Source: an uncultured Deinococcales bacterium | Lineage (GTDB): Bacteria > Deinococcota > Deinococci > Deinococcales > JAAFIG01 | Assembly (NCBI GenBank): GCA_964247135.1 | Contig: CAXTTL010000015.1 | Coordinates: forward strand, 1 to 39,164 | DNA: 39,164 bases | Reading direction: 5' to 3' | Shown here: in pieces, positions 7,169-16,726 of the stretch | Layout: each line of letters begins with the position of its first letter | Numbering within the stretch: position 1 is the stretch's first letter | Notes under the pieces: generated by a model | What the model was told of the DNA's origin: nothing | What the model saw: only the letters and a program-made list of their open reading frames with translations | The model's database searches: none | Translations under genes and position numbers: made by a program

Positions 7169-9940
7169 TTGCGTCCCATCAAACTCGAGTTAACCGGTTT
7201 CACGTGCTTTAAAGAACTGCAATCGATCAGTTTTGAGGATTTGGAATTGTTTGCGATTGTCGGACAGACGGGCGCGGGCAAGTCGAGCATTCTCGATGCG
7301 ATCACCTATGCGCTGTTCGGTGAAACCTCGCGGCTCGGCTCGAGGGGTTTGGAACAACTCGTTTCGCAGGGCGCGAACGGAATGCAGGTGGCGCTCGAGT
7401 TTGAATCTGGGCATGAGCGTTTTCGGGTGTCTCGAGCCTGGAGCGTCAAAGCCGCCGAGCGTCAAGTGCGCTTTGAAAAATTTGATGGCGCTCGCTTTGT
7501 CACGGCAGTCGAAGGTGTGAAAGTCAAAGACGTGGCGGGCGCCATTCAGGCGGTTGTGGGTTTGGATTTTGACGGTTTCACCCGAGCCATTTTGCTGCCC
7601 CAGGGCGAGTTTGATCGCTTCTTGCGCGGCGATGCCAAGGAGCGCCGCGAACTCTTGAAGGGCTTACTGAACCTCGAGCATTTTGAAGCCATGCGCGAAC
7701 GGGCGAACACGATTGCCAGGGACGCCAAAGCCCGTTCCGATCAGATCAAATTGTTGCTCGAGGGCGAGTACGCGGGGGCGACACTCGAGGCGAGTGAGGC
7801 GTTGGAGGTTGAACTCGAGGCGCTCAAAATCAGAATTACAGCCTTGGCATTGCAACTCGAGCGTGATCGGGTGTTGCTTGCTGAAGCCCGAGAATTGCAG
7901 AAATTCGGTCTTGAACTCGAGCGGGTCAAACAAAAATTAAAAGCACTCGAGCTTCAAAATCTCGAGGTTGCCACTGCTCGAGAACGTGCGGTTTTGGCGC
8001 GGCGCGTGGCATCGGTCATGCCACTCGTGACGGCGCTGGAACGTGCGGAAACTGGTTTGCAAAAATCGAATCAAGAACTCGTTCAAGCCAAACTCGAGCT
8101 TGAAAAAGTGAACGCGCTCGAGGTCAGTACGGATGCCAAACTCGATGCGGCACGCGAAGCGGCGGAAATCCTGCCCGAACTCGAGCATCAGGCGAACGAA
8201 CTCGCGTCGTCCATGCCCAAACTTGAGCGCCTGCGTGCTTTGGGTGGAAATTTGGAGTTGACGCACGAAGCGCCTGCGGTTTTTTCCGAGCGGCGCATGG
8301 CGGAACTCGAGGAGTTGAAAGCCAAACTCGGTGATCTCAAACGGGCGGTGACGGACGCTCGAGATGCGAATCGGGATTTGAGTGACGCAAAATCTAGTTT
8401 CGAGAAACTCGGTTTGCAACTCGAGAAACTCAAAACGGATTTGAGCGCTTGCAAAATTTCAGGCACAGAAACTGGTGCTCGAGTCAAAGAACTTGAGGTC
8501 GATTTGACCCAAGCCAGACGCGATGAAGGTGCGGCGGCACTCACGGTCGGTTTGAAGATTGGCGACCCTTGCCCGGTTTGCGGCACGCCGTTAAAAGTCC
8601 TGCCAGGGCAATCCGAATCTCGAATTCCCGACCTTGAACACCTCTTGGAACTCGAGCGGGTGAAGTTGGTTGACCTCCGTGGCGAATACCAGCGGCTGCT
8701 CGAGTCACAAAAAAACGCGCAGGTCAATTTTGAAAAAACCCAAGTTGAAACCGAAAAACTGACGCGTCAACTCAAACAAACCAGCGAACAAGTGACACTG
8801 ATCAAACTCGAGTTTGAACGGACGCTCGGCTCAAACGAAGACCCAAAAACATTGCTCGAGGACACCCGAAATCGCTTGCTGGCGGGGTTGGCGCTCGAGA
8901 TTCGTGAAGCCACAAACGGGCGCGACCCTGTGGCGGTGATTGCGGAGCTTTCCAAACGCCGCAAGACCTTGCAAACCAATTTGGATATGGCTCGAGAGGC
9001 AAAAGCCAAAGTGCAAGCCGCCAGCGCTCAAACCAGAACCGCGCTCGAGATTGCCGAAAAAACGGTGCAAGAAAGAAGCTTGGAACTCGAGGAGCGCCAA
9101 ACTGACGTGAATTCGGGTTTGCGTGAAGCTGGAATCTCGAGCATCGATCAAGCTCGGAGCGCGGCATTGCCCGAAAGGGAAATCTTCAAACTCGAGGCGC
9201 TGGAGCGCGAGCATCTGGAAGCCTTGAACGCCGCGCGAAACGATGAAATCAGGATTCTCGAGCAACTGGCGGGACGGGTGTTTGATGCTGAGGTTTTAAA
9301 CGAACTCGAGAAAGATGTCAGGCAAGCCGAGTTTGACCAGAAAACCGCCAACGGCGAACAGGGCAGGCTCGAGCAACTGCAAAAAAATATGGCAGAGCGC
9401 CGCGCCAAAGCCAAAGATTTAAGCCGCGAACGCAACCAACTCGAGAAGCGATACGATATTTACGCGGCGCTGGCGGCGGATTTAAAGGGCAACGAGTTTC
9501 AAGAATTCATGCTCGAGGGCGTGCAACAAGAATTGCTGCTGCGGGCATCACATATCATGCGAGAAGTCACCCGAGAACGCTATACCCTCGAGTTGAAAGA
9601 GGGCGAGTATGTGGTGCTGGACAATTGGAACGGACTGGATGCCCGCAGCGTCAAAACGCTTTCCGGCGGCGAGAGCTTTATTGCTTCATTGTCCTTGGCG
9701 TTGGCGCTCTCGGATTATCTGGCGGGACACAAGGCTTTGGGCGCGTTGTTCCTCGATGAAGGTTTTGGCACACTCGATGCCGACGCTCTCGATGCCGTGT
9801 CATCCGTGCTTGAGGCGATTCAGACCCAGGGGCGCATGGTCGGTGTGATCACCCATGTGGCGAGCCTTGCCGAACGCCTGCCGAACCGTTTGGTGATCGA
9901 AAAAGGACAAAGCACCAGCCGCGCCCATTGGGAATCCTAA
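7169..9940 (+). CDS. sbcC: SbcC/Rad50 SMC-like ATPase
   Basis: Walker A GQTGAGKS, LPQGEF Q-loop, coiled coils, CPVCG zinc hook, LSGGE signature, FLDEGFG Walker B; TTG start with AGGAG RBS. Confidence 0.96.
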   Translation: MRPIKLELTGFTCFKELQSISFEDLELFAIVGQTGAGKSSILDAITYALFGETSRLGSRGLEQLVSQGANGMQVALEFESGHERFRVSRAWSVKAAERQVRFEKFDGARFVTAVEGVKVKDVAGAIQAVVGLDFDGFTRAILLPQGEFDRFLRGDAKERRELLKGLLNLEHFEAMRERANTIARDAKARSDQIKLLLEGEYAGATLEASEALEVELEALKIRITALALQLERDRVLLAEARELQKFGLELERVKQKLKALELQNLEVATARERAVLARRVASVMPLVTALERAETGLQKSNQELVQAKLELEKVNALEVSTDAKLDAAREAAEILPELEHQANELASSMPKLERLRALGGNLELTHEAPAVFSERRMAELEELKAKLGDLKRAVTDARDANRDLSDAKSSFEKLGLQLEKLKTDLSACKISGTETGARVKELEVDLTQARRDEGAAALTVGLKIGDPCPVCGTPLKVLPGQSESRIPDLEHLLELERVKLVDLRGEYQRLLESQKNAQVNFEKTQVETEKLTRQLKQTSEQVTLIKLEFERTLGSNEDPKTLLEDTRNRLLAGLALEIREATNGRDPVAVIAELSKRRKTLQTNLDMAREAKAKVQAASAQTRTALEIAEKTVQERSLELEERQTDVNSGLREAGISSIDQARSAALPEREIFKLEALEREHLEALNAARNDEIRILEQLAGRVFDAEVLNELEKDVRQAEFDQKTANGEQGRLEQLQKNMAERRAKAKDLSRERNQLEKRYDIYAALAADLKGNEFQEFMLEGVQQELLLRASHIMREVTRERYTLELKEGEYVVLDNWNGLDARSVKTLSGGESFIASLSLALALSDYLAGHKALGALFLDEGFGTLDADALDAVSSVLEAIQTQGRMVGVITHVASLAERLPNRLVIEKGQSTSRAHWES

Positions 9941-9982
9941 ATTCCCTATTTTCTTTTCAGATGACGCGCTAAAATGCCAGTC

Positions 9983-11113
9983 ATGAAGTTCTTCACCACC
10001 GTTTTTTTAAGCCTGCTGTTTTTTCTCGGCTCGAGTTTTGCTGTCGCTCAAACTTCCAAGCCGAACACCAACACCGAGATCAGCGTACCAATGCTGCCCG
10101 AAGTCGATGTGCAAGCCGATCAAGCCGCGCGTGACTGGTTAAACAAAAAGTTTGAAACCAAAATCACCCAACCCAACATCATATCCTCGAGCGACCTGAA
10201 CTCGATTTTAAAAGATCAAATTGAAACCTTAAAGAAAACCCTGCGATTCTCGAGCGTGCCACCAAACCCTCGGGTCAATTTTAATTTGCGCTCGGTGCAA
10301 CAATCGGCAAATTTGCGGGAATATTCGTACCCGATTGCTTCGGACTACGGCGACGAAACCCTGACGGTGACGCTCGAGAAAAGCAATTCGGGTTTTAAGG
10401 TGCGCTCGATTCAATCTGGCGCCGAAACCTCGCTGACCCCAGATTTTGTTTCCCAGCCCGTCGGCATGTGGATTTTCCTGACGATGACGGCGCTGCTCGC
10501 CTATGCCAGCATCGCGCCGACGATTTGGCGCACCTGGCTGGTGCAGGGTCTAAGGCTGGCAAAAATTCATAAACGCACGTTTATTCTGACCAACGCTTTG
10601 CTGTACGGCACGTACTTGTTCGGCACAGCATTGGGTTTTGCCTACCCCGATCTGGTGCAAACCGTCGGCGAATTTTTGGGTGGCACATTGTCGCGCAGCG
10701 GCATCGGTGACACCCTGAAGGCGGGCGTGGTCAATGCCGCGTTTGGCATTGCGCTGAACAATGCCAGGGCAGGTATTTTGTTCGGCAGTTTTATTCCTGG
10801 CAGTTTGTTCGCCATTCCCGCGTATTTGTTTGACACCGCGCAATTTTTCGTTTACGGTTTCGCCCTCGCGCCCGTGACCAACGCCGCAGCCTTTTGGTGG
10901 CATGTGCCCACAATTATCCTCGAGTTGCAAGCCTATATTTTTGTCACCGCCAGCGCCGGCGCATTTTTGGTGCGAATTTTGCGCAAGCAAAGTTATGCCC
11001 AGAGTTTTCAAAGTTACCTCAAATGCTTGCCGTTCGCCTTGACGCTGCTGATTGTTGCTGCCTGGTACGAAGCCTTCGAGATTTTGGTATTGATTCCAAC
11101 CTTCGTGAAATGA
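9983..11113 (+). CDS. Membrane protein with N-terminal signal peptide and C-terminal SpoIIM/DUF95-like domain
   Basis: Signal peptide, soluble segment, then multiple TM helices with IALNNA, HVPTIILE, AAWYEAF; start chosen from TAAAAT 7 nt upstream (ATG at 9974 is the alternative). Confidence 0.7.
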   Translation: MKFFTTVFLSLLFFLGSSFAVAQTSKPNTNTEISVPMLPEVDVQADQAARDWLNKKFETKITQPNIISSSDLNSILKDQIETLKKTLRFSSVPPNPRVNFNLRSVQQSANLREYSYPIASDYGDETLTVTLEKSNSGFKVRSIQSGAETSLTPDFVSQPVGMWIFLTMTALLAYASIAPTIWRTWLVQGLRLAKIHKRTFILTNALLYGTYLFGTALGFAYPDLVQTVGEFLGGTLSRSGIGDTLKAGVVNAAFGIALNNARAGILFGSFIPGSLFAIPAYLFDTAQFFVYGFALAPVTNAAAFWWHVPTIILELQAYIFVTASAGAFLVRILRKQSYAQSFQSYLKCLPFALTLLIVAAWYEAFEILVLIPTFVK

Positions 11114-11703
11114 AACGCCAAATCTCGAGAATTGCGATTGGTGTTTTAAGTCTTTTCGTGTTGATTTACGCGTTGGCTTTGGTCTGGCTGGCAACCCAGA
11201 TCAAAGACGACGCTCGAGCCTCGGATGCCGTAATTGTGCTTGGGGCGCGGGTCAATTACAACGATCACCTCAACCCGTGTTTGGTCGCTCGGGTGCAACA
11301 CGGCGCAAAATTGCTGCGGGACGGACTGGCAAAATTCTTGATCGTCTCGGGCGGTAACGATGTTGAAGACGGCGCAAACGAGGCAAATGCCATGCGTGAA
11401 ATCGCGCTGGCTGCTGGCATCTCGAGCGAGCAAATCATCCTCGAACCCAAAGCCACCAGCACCTTTGAAAACCTCGCGTTTTCCAAAATCATCCTCGAGC
11501 GACGAAAACTCAAATCGGTGATTGTCGTGACCGAGCCGTACCACATGCCCAGGGCAGCCATGATCGCCCGTAAACTTAAACTGGAATTCTCGAGTTCTCC
11601 CGCCCCAGAGAGCGCCTGCTGGAGTCGTTGGAAGCACTTTTCCAGGTTCTTTTTGCGCGAACCGTTCGCGGTGCTCGAAAATTGGCTGAAAGGGAATTTA
11701 TGA
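11110..11703 (+). CDS. YdcF/DUF218 family protein
   Basis: DAVIVLGA, LIVSGG, EANAM, LEPKATSTFEN, VVTEPYHMPRA, RE motifs; ATGA overlap. Confidence 0.9.
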   Translation: MKRQISRIAIGVLSLFVLIYALALVWLATQIKDDARASDAVIVLGARVNYNDHLNPCLVARVQHGAKLLRDGLAKFLIVSGGNDVEDGANEANAMREIALAAGISSEQIILEPKATSTFENLAFSKIILERRKLKSVIVVTEPYHMPRAAMIARKLKLEFSSSPAPESACWSRWKHFSRFFLREPFAVLENWLKGNL

Positions 11704-12332
11704 AAGACATTCTGGTGATCGTCGCCACCGAACCCGAGGCGCAAAAACTGCCGAAATTGCCAGGAATGCGAACTCGGGTTTCTGGCATTGGTGCGGTTAA
11801 CGCCGCACTCGAGACGCAACTGGGGATTCTCGAGCAGCGTCCAGATTTGGTGCTTAGCGTCGGAATTGGCGGCGCGTACCCCAATGGCGGTGCAAAAATT
11901 GGCGAGGTCGTGGTTTCCAGCGAAATGGTTTACGCGGCTTTGGGCGCGATGGACGAAGCGCAATTTTTGAATCTCGAGGAATTGGGTTTTGCCCTCGTGG
12001 GAGATGTCTTCAACATGATCCCAGCCGCACCACAAGCTCGAGGTTTTGGAGAACTCACCAATGCCAAATTTGGCGCAATCCTGACGCTCGAAACCGTCAC
12101 AGGCTCAGACGCTCGGGCTTTGGAACTCGAGAAGTTATTTCCGAATGCCATTGCCGAAAGTATGGAAGGCGCGGGAGTCGCCCATGCCGCACTCAAAAAC
12201 GGCATTCCCAGTTTTGAGATTCGCGGAATATCGAATTTTGTTGGCGCTCGAGACCGCTCGAGTTGGCGGATTGGTGCTGCATTGAAGGCATTGCAGCAAA
12301 GTCTCGAGCTTGGTTGGAAAACATTTGAATAA
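11700..12332 (+). CDS. mqnB: Futalosine hydrolase (menaquinone futalosine pathway)
   Basis: VATEPE, SGIGAVNAA, GIGGAY, TLETVTG, ESMEGAGVA, EIRGISNFVGARDRSSW (MqnB-type C-terminus). Confidence 0.88.
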   Translation: MKDILVIVATEPEAQKLPKLPGMRTRVSGIGAVNAALETQLGILEQRPDLVLSVGIGGAYPNGGAKIGEVVVSSEMVYAALGAMDEAQFLNLEELGFALVGDVFNMIPAAPQARGFGELTNAKFGAILTLETVTGSDARALELEKLFPNAIAESMEGAGVAHAALKNGIPSFEIRGISNFVGARDRSSWRIGAALKALQQSLELGWKTFE

Positions 12333-12370
12333 ATGATGTATGGATTTGTTGCCAGGGTGTAAAATCGGTT

Positions 12371-12577
12371 ATGACACTCCGAATCACCCTCGAGCCAGAA
12401 TTGGAAGCCCAAGTGCAACGATTTGCTACCATGCGCCACAGCACGGCTGAAGCGGTTGTCTTGGAGGCAGTGCGTGACGCTGTACTTGCCAAACCAATAC
12501 CAAGTTGGGTTGGGATGGTGAGTTCTGGTGAGCCAGATTTGGGTTCTCGAGCCGAAAAATTATTGTTTCAAGATTGA
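12371..12577 (+). CDS. Small CopG/RHH-like antitoxin-type protein
   Basis: LRITLEPELEAQVQRFA..STAEAVVLEAVR RHH-like N-terminus; PSWVGMVSSGEPDLGSRAE tail; TAAAAT 5 nt before ATG. Confidence 0.65.
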   Translation: MTLRITLEPELEAQVQRFATMRHSTAEAVVLEAVRDAVLAKPIPSWVGMVSSGEPDLGSRAEKLLFQD

Positions 12578-13215
12578 AATTTCCCGAGTCCTTTTCCCTC
12601 TGACTCTGAAACCCTCGAGATCACCGCAATTCGGACGCGTTTCGCCCCCGCTTCAATCAATGCCAACGCGCATTCGGTGGCGGTGGCGCCCGAAGTGTAC
12701 ACATCGTCAACCAGCACAAGCTCGAGGTTGCGAACACTGCCGACAACTTCAAACGCTTCACGCACGTTGCTCGAGCGTTCAGTCTTACCAAGTTTTGCTT
12801 GGCGTTTGGTGGATTTGGTGCGCTTTAACGCCTCGAGTTTTGGCACACCAAGCGCGGTTGCCAGACTTTTTGCCAGCTCTCGAGCTTGGTTGTAACCGCG
12901 AGTTTGCTGACGCAATACAAACAATGGAATGGGCACAACCGCGTCCACATGCCAATCTGCTTCCTGAATACCCTGCGCCAATCGTTTCCCAAGTGGCACG
13001 GCAACATTGCGGTTCTTGCCGAATTTTAACGCCCTTACCGCCCGCTCGAGGTGTCCGTGATACGCACCCAAATGCACGATGTTGCCCTCAAGTTTGGGCG
13101 TTCCAAGTTTTGCCTGGCAATTTTTGCACAACCCAATTTCTGCCTCGAGGTACGTGCTGCACAAGGCGCAACGCACGGGCAAGATCAAATTGAGCATCCG
13201 CTCGAGTTGGTTCAC
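12568..13215 (-). CDS. comF: ComF-family phosphoribosyltransferase-like competence protein
   Basis: CALC..LCKNC zinc finger, VPIPL, RGYNQA, VLVDDVYTSGAT PRPP motif; GTG start inferred. Confidence 0.92.
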   Translation of the reverse strand: MNQLERMLNLILPVRCALCSTYLEAEIGLCKNCQAKLGTPKLEGNIVHLGAYHGHLERAVRALKFGKNRNVAVPLGKRLAQGIQEADWHVDAVVPIPLFVLRQQTRGYNQARELAKSLATALGVPKLEALKRTKSTKRQAKLGKTERSSNVREAFEVVGSVRNLELVLVDDVYTSGATATECALALIEAGAKRVRIAVISRVSESEGKGLGKFQS

Positions 13216-13232
13216 GCTTGTTACTTTAACGC

Positions 13233-13261
13233 TTGACACGCGTACAGTTGGTCATTACCAT
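13233..13261 (+). promoter_or_regulatory. Sigma70 promoter of tRNA-Pro
   Basis: TTGACA-17 bp-TACCAT just upstream of the tRNA. Confidence 0.8.
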
Positions 13262-13274
13262 ATCAAAAAGCATT

Positions 13275-13351
13275 CGGGGAGTAGCGCAGCCCGGTAGCGC
13301 ACCTCGTTCGGGACGAGGGGGTCGCAAGTTCAAATCTTGTTTCCCCGACCA
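13275..13351 (+). tRNA. tRNA-Pro (anticodon CGG)
   Basis: Cloverleaf: CGGGGAG/TTCCCCG acceptor, CCTCG-TTCGGGA-CGAGG anticodon arm, GTTCAAATC T-loop, encoded CCA. Confidence 0.98.
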
Positions 13352-13356
13352 ATCTC

Positions 13357-13386
13357 AACCTCCTGTAGCCCACAGGAGGTTATTCT
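13357..13386 (+). terminator. Terminator after tRNA-Pro
   Basis: AACCTCCTGT-agccc-ACAGGAGGTT hairpin followed by ATTCT. Confidence 0.75.
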
Positions 13387-13451
13387 GTCATCACCAAAGC
13401 TCGAGTCTTAACAAAATCCCCATTCGAGCCAAGCTCGAGAAAGTTTAAACC

Positions 13452-14153
13452 ATGCGTCTTTTTGCCATTGCCGACCCCCACCTCTCGAGCGTTCACCCCA
13501 AACCGATGAGCGTTTTTGGTGGCAATTGGTCCGGGCATCCAGAAATCTTTTTTCAGCGTTGGCGCGAGACGGTGCTCAAAGATGACGTGGTGATCGTGGC
13601 GGGCGATATTTCTTGGGCGTTAAAACTCGAGGATGCCATGCCTGATTTAGCCATGATTGCGGATTTGCCAGGGCGCAAAATCATTTTGCGCGGCAATCAC
13701 GATTATTGGTGGCCCAGCATCTCCAAACTTCGCAATGCGCTGCCATCCAACATGCAGGCGTTGCAAAATGACAGCCTCGTGATTGGTGACACCGCCATTT
13801 GTGGCACAAGAGGTTGGACTTGTCCGGGCAACGATGATTTCACGCTTGAGGACGAAAAAATTTATGCCCGTGAACTCGAGCGTTTTAAACTCGCGTTGCA
13901 AAGTTTGAACGGTAAAACCTACAAAAAACTGGTGATCGCGCTGCATTATCCGCCAACCAACGGCGCGTTTGCCCCGAGCGGTTTTACGGATTTGATCGAG
14001 CAAGCCAAACCCGACGCGGTGGTGTATGGGCATTTGCACGGTGTTCATCCGACCAGGGCGCTGTCGAATTGGCAGGGCATCAAACTGCATTTTGTGGCGT
14101 GTGACGCGGTGGAATTTAGACCGCAATTGCTGTTTGAGATTGAACAGGGTTGA
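13452..14153 (+). CDS. Calcineurin-like metallophosphoesterase
   Basis: ADPH, AGDISW, RGNHDYWW, HYPP, YGHLH motifs. Confidence 0.9.
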   Translation: MRLFAIADPHLSSVHPKPMSVFGGNWSGHPEIFFQRWRETVLKDDVVIVAGDISWALKLEDAMPDLAMIADLPGRKIILRGNHDYWWPSISKLRNALPSNMQALQNDSLVIGDTAICGTRGWTCPGNDDFTLEDEKIYARELERFKLALQSLNGKTYKKLVIALHYPPTNGAFAPSGFTDLIEQAKPDAVVYGHLHGVHPTRALSNWQGIKLHFVACDAVEFRPQLLFEIEQG

Positions 14154-14213
14154 GCCGCAAATCTCGAAACCACCCTCATGCGTTAAACTCGAGGCAAGCA
14201 CTGAAAGGACAAC

Positions 14214-14987
14214 ATGGCTGAGCTTATTTTGATTGAAAAACCAATTGATGGCGTTGGTCTGATTCGCCTCAACCGTCCCAAGGTTTTAAATGCCCTGAAC
14301 TCGAGCGTGATGGTTGAGATTGCCACGGCATTAAGCGCATTCGCTAGCGACCCGAACGTGCGGGCGGTGGTGCTCACGGGCAACGAAAAGGCGTTTGCGG
14401 CGGGTTCGGACATTGCGGAGATGAGCGGCAAATCCGAAGCCAACATTTTGCAAGACGCAGGCGTCAGGAACTGGCAAGTCATCGCCAATTTCCCCAAGCC
14501 ACTCATTGCGGCGGTCAGCGGTTTTGTGCTCGGCGGCGGACTCGAGCTTGCCATGATTTGCGACATCATGATTGCCAGCGAAAGCGCGAGGTTTGGTCAG
14601 CCCGAAATCAATCTGGGGATTGTTCCAGGTTCGGGTGGCACGCAACGCCTGACGCGGGTGGTGGGCAAAAGTTTGGCGATGGAAATGGTCTTGAATGCTC
14701 GAATGTTAAATGCCGATGAAGCCCTGCGGCTCGGTTTGGTTTCGAGGGTCGTTCCCAAAGAGACGTACCTCGAGATTGCTTTGGAACTGGCAAAACAAAT
14801 CGCGGCTCGAGCGCCGATTGCCGTGCAAGCCGCCAAAAAGAGTGTCAATGCCGCGTTCGAGTTGAGTCTTTCCAAAGGTTTGGAACTCGAGCGCCAACAA
14901 TTTGCCATGCTGTTCAACACCAGCGACCAAAAAGAGGGCATGAACGCCTTCCTCGAGCGACGCCGTGCAAAATGGCAGGGGAAATAA
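14214..14987 (+). CDS. Enoyl-CoA hydratase (crotonase, PaaF-like)
   Basis: LNRPKVLNAL, AFAAGSDI, GGGLEL, FGQPEINLG..GGTQRL, DQKEGM motifs. Confidence 0.93.
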   Translation: MAELILIEKPIDGVGLIRLNRPKVLNALNSSVMVEIATALSAFASDPNVRAVVLTGNEKAFAAGSDIAEMSGKSEANILQDAGVRNWQVIANFPKPLIAAVSGFVLGGGLELAMICDIMIASESARFGQPEINLGIVPGSGGTQRLTRVVGKSLAMEMVLNARMLNADEALRLGLVSRVVPKETYLEIALELAKQIAARAPIAVQAAKKSVNAAFELSLSKGLELERQQFAMLFNTSDQKEGMNAFLERRRAKWQGK

Positions 14988-14993
14988 TCACGC

Positions 14994-15461
14994 ATGGCAG
15001 CCCGAACCCGAGCCGGAGGCTTTGTTTGGCGCGAACGTGCGGGTGAGCTTGAAGTCATTTTGATGCGCCGCGTTCGGGCAGATCGCGGCGAGTATTACGT
15101 GATTCCTGGCGGTAGCCTCGAAGCCGGTGAGCCGATCAAAACCGCTGCCGCCAGGGAATTGCTCGAGGAAACCAATGTTAAATTTATTCTTCAAGACGAG
15201 TTGTATCAGTCGCACAATCCAAGCTCAAAACGAATTGGTCATTACTTCCTGGCGCGTTGGTTGGAGGGCGAACCCAGCCTGCATCCAAACAGCCCCGAAA
15301 TGGTCGAGCGCGAAGCCTCGAGCAACCAGTATTATCCCGAGTGGGTCAAGCTTTCCGAAGTCTCGGGCTTAAATTTGTTCCCAAGTGTCATCCGTTTGCG
15401 GCTCGCCAAGGATGTGCTTGAAGGGCGTGCGGGCGTAATTGAACTCGAGGAGACGGATTGA
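14994..15461 (+). CDS. Nudix hydrolase
   Basis: Nudix box GGSLEAGEPIKTAAARELLEET. Confidence 0.9.
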   Translation: MAARTRAGGFVWRERAGELEVILMRRVRADRGEYYVIPGGSLEAGEPIKTAAARELLEETNVKFILQDELYQSHNPSSKRIGHYFLARWLEGEPSLHPNSPEMVEREASSNQYYPEWVKLSEVSGLNLFPSVIRLRLAKDVLEGRAGVIELEETD

Positions 15462-15464
15462 GTT

Positions 15465-15836
15465 TTACGGGCAGTTCGGAACTTCGTTGAGGTTGTAATA
15501 CACTGGGATTCCGCGTTCTTGCGCCAATTTGACATCGTTGTCCGCGCCTTTGGAGGCGCCCTTTAAACGCAAAACGGCATCGCAGAGTTGCAGCAAACGT
15601 CCTGCGGTTGGATGCAATACTTGCTCGTACAGATCATCGCCGACGGTTTGACCACCTGCAACTCGCCAAATTGGCAAGGCGACCCATTCGCCAATCATTG
15701 GAACATAGCCCGCCTGAAACAGCGCCCATGACACCGATTCCAACTGCCGAAGGTTGGCTGCCATTTTGGTTGGGTCATCATTTGTGCCGCTGCGGTACGG
15801 ACCGGCAATCAAAATCATTTTGGGTTTGTTGGGCAT
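15465..15836 (-). CDS. DUF4406-like / nucleoside deoxyribosyltransferase-fold protein
   Basis: ILIAGPYRSG, PMIGEW, CDAVLRLKGASKGADND, GIPVY motifs; AGGAG RBS before ATG at 15836. Confidence 0.75.
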   Translation of the reverse strand: MPNKPKMILIAGPYRSGTNDDPTKMAANLRQLESVSWALFQAGYVPMIGEWVALPIWRVAGGQTVGDDLYEQVLHPTAGRLLQLCDAVLRLKGASKGADNDVKLAQERGIPVYYNLNEVPNCP

Positions 15837-15940
15837 GTTTGATCTCCTTTTTATCGAATTTAGTATACATGCAGTTTCGTGCAATATCAAGAGAAAACCT
15901 GCAAACTCGAATTTCATTTCAAGCGTATGATTTCAGTACC

Positions 15941-16696
15941 ATGCTGACCACACAACGCAGGCAACTGATCCTGAGCAGGCTGAAACGTGACGGACAAATT
16001 ATTGCCAAAGACCTCAGCCAGGAACTCGAGCTTTCAGAAGACACGATTCGCCGCGATTTGCGCGAACTGGCACAGGAAGGTTTGCTGCAACGGGTGCATG
16101 GCGGTGCGCTGCCTGCCTCGCCGGCGATTGCCGATTTCGCGGCTCGAGAACAGATCGCCACGGCTGCCAAGACTGCGATTGGACGGGCGGCGGCACGCAT
16201 GATTCAACCAAACAGCTTGGTCATTGTTGACGGTGGTACAACGGCGGTGCAACTCGTGCGAAACCTGAATCCTGAACTCGAGGCAACCATCGTCACGCAC
16301 AGCCCAAGCATCGCCCTCGAGTTGGTGCGACATCCGCACATTGAAGTGGTACTGCTGGGCGGCAAACTCTTCAAACACTCGGTTGTTGCCGTCGGTGCGG
16401 CGACCATCGAGGCAATCGCGCGAATCCGTGCGGATTTGTATTTTATGGGCGCGACAGGCATTCATCCAGAGGTCGGTCTGAGTACGGGCGATCTCGAGGA
16501 AGCGCATGTGAAACGGGCTTTGATTGCCAGTGCCGCCGAAACGATTGTGCTTGCCTCGAGTGAGAAACTCAATGCCGCCTCCAAATATGTGATTGCGCCG
16601 ATCAATCACATCAGTGGTTTGATTACCGAAAAAAGCGTCTCGAGTTCGGTGATTGCACCATTTCGCAAGCTTGGGCTAAGTGTCACTCGAGCTTAA
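15941..16696 (+). CDS. DeoR/GlpR family transcriptional regulator
   Basis: SEDTIRRDLRELAQEGLLQRVHGGA HTH; DGGTT in the sensor domain. Confidence 0.93.
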   Translation: MLTTQRRQLILSRLKRDGQIIAKDLSQELELSEDTIRRDLRELAQEGLLQRVHGGALPASPAIADFAAREQIATAAKTAIGRAAARMIQPNSLVIVDGGTTAVQLVRNLNPELEATIVTHSPSIALELVRHPHIEVVLLGGKLFKHSVVAVGAATIEAIARIRADLYFMGATGIHPEVGLSTGDLEEAHVKRALIASAAETIVLASSEKLNAASKYVIAPINHISGLITEKSVSSSVIAPFRKLGLSVTRA

Positions 16697-16726
16697 GGGT
16701 TGTTGATAGGATGATTCATCTCGAGC

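Noticed and set aside
6234-13215. comF and TfoX domain as proof that CTCGAG is a DNA uptake sequence
   Set aside because: Both are widespread and unlinked here; known uptake sequences are longer and non-palindromic
13275-13450. tRNA-Pro as an integration site for an island
   Set aside because: No integrase and no duplicated tRNA 3' end seen; flanking genes look like ordinary chromosomal genes
15608-15940. Long N-terminal extension of DeoR (362-aa ORF)
   Set aside because: Overlaps the divergent gene; DeoR HTH starts right after ATG 15941
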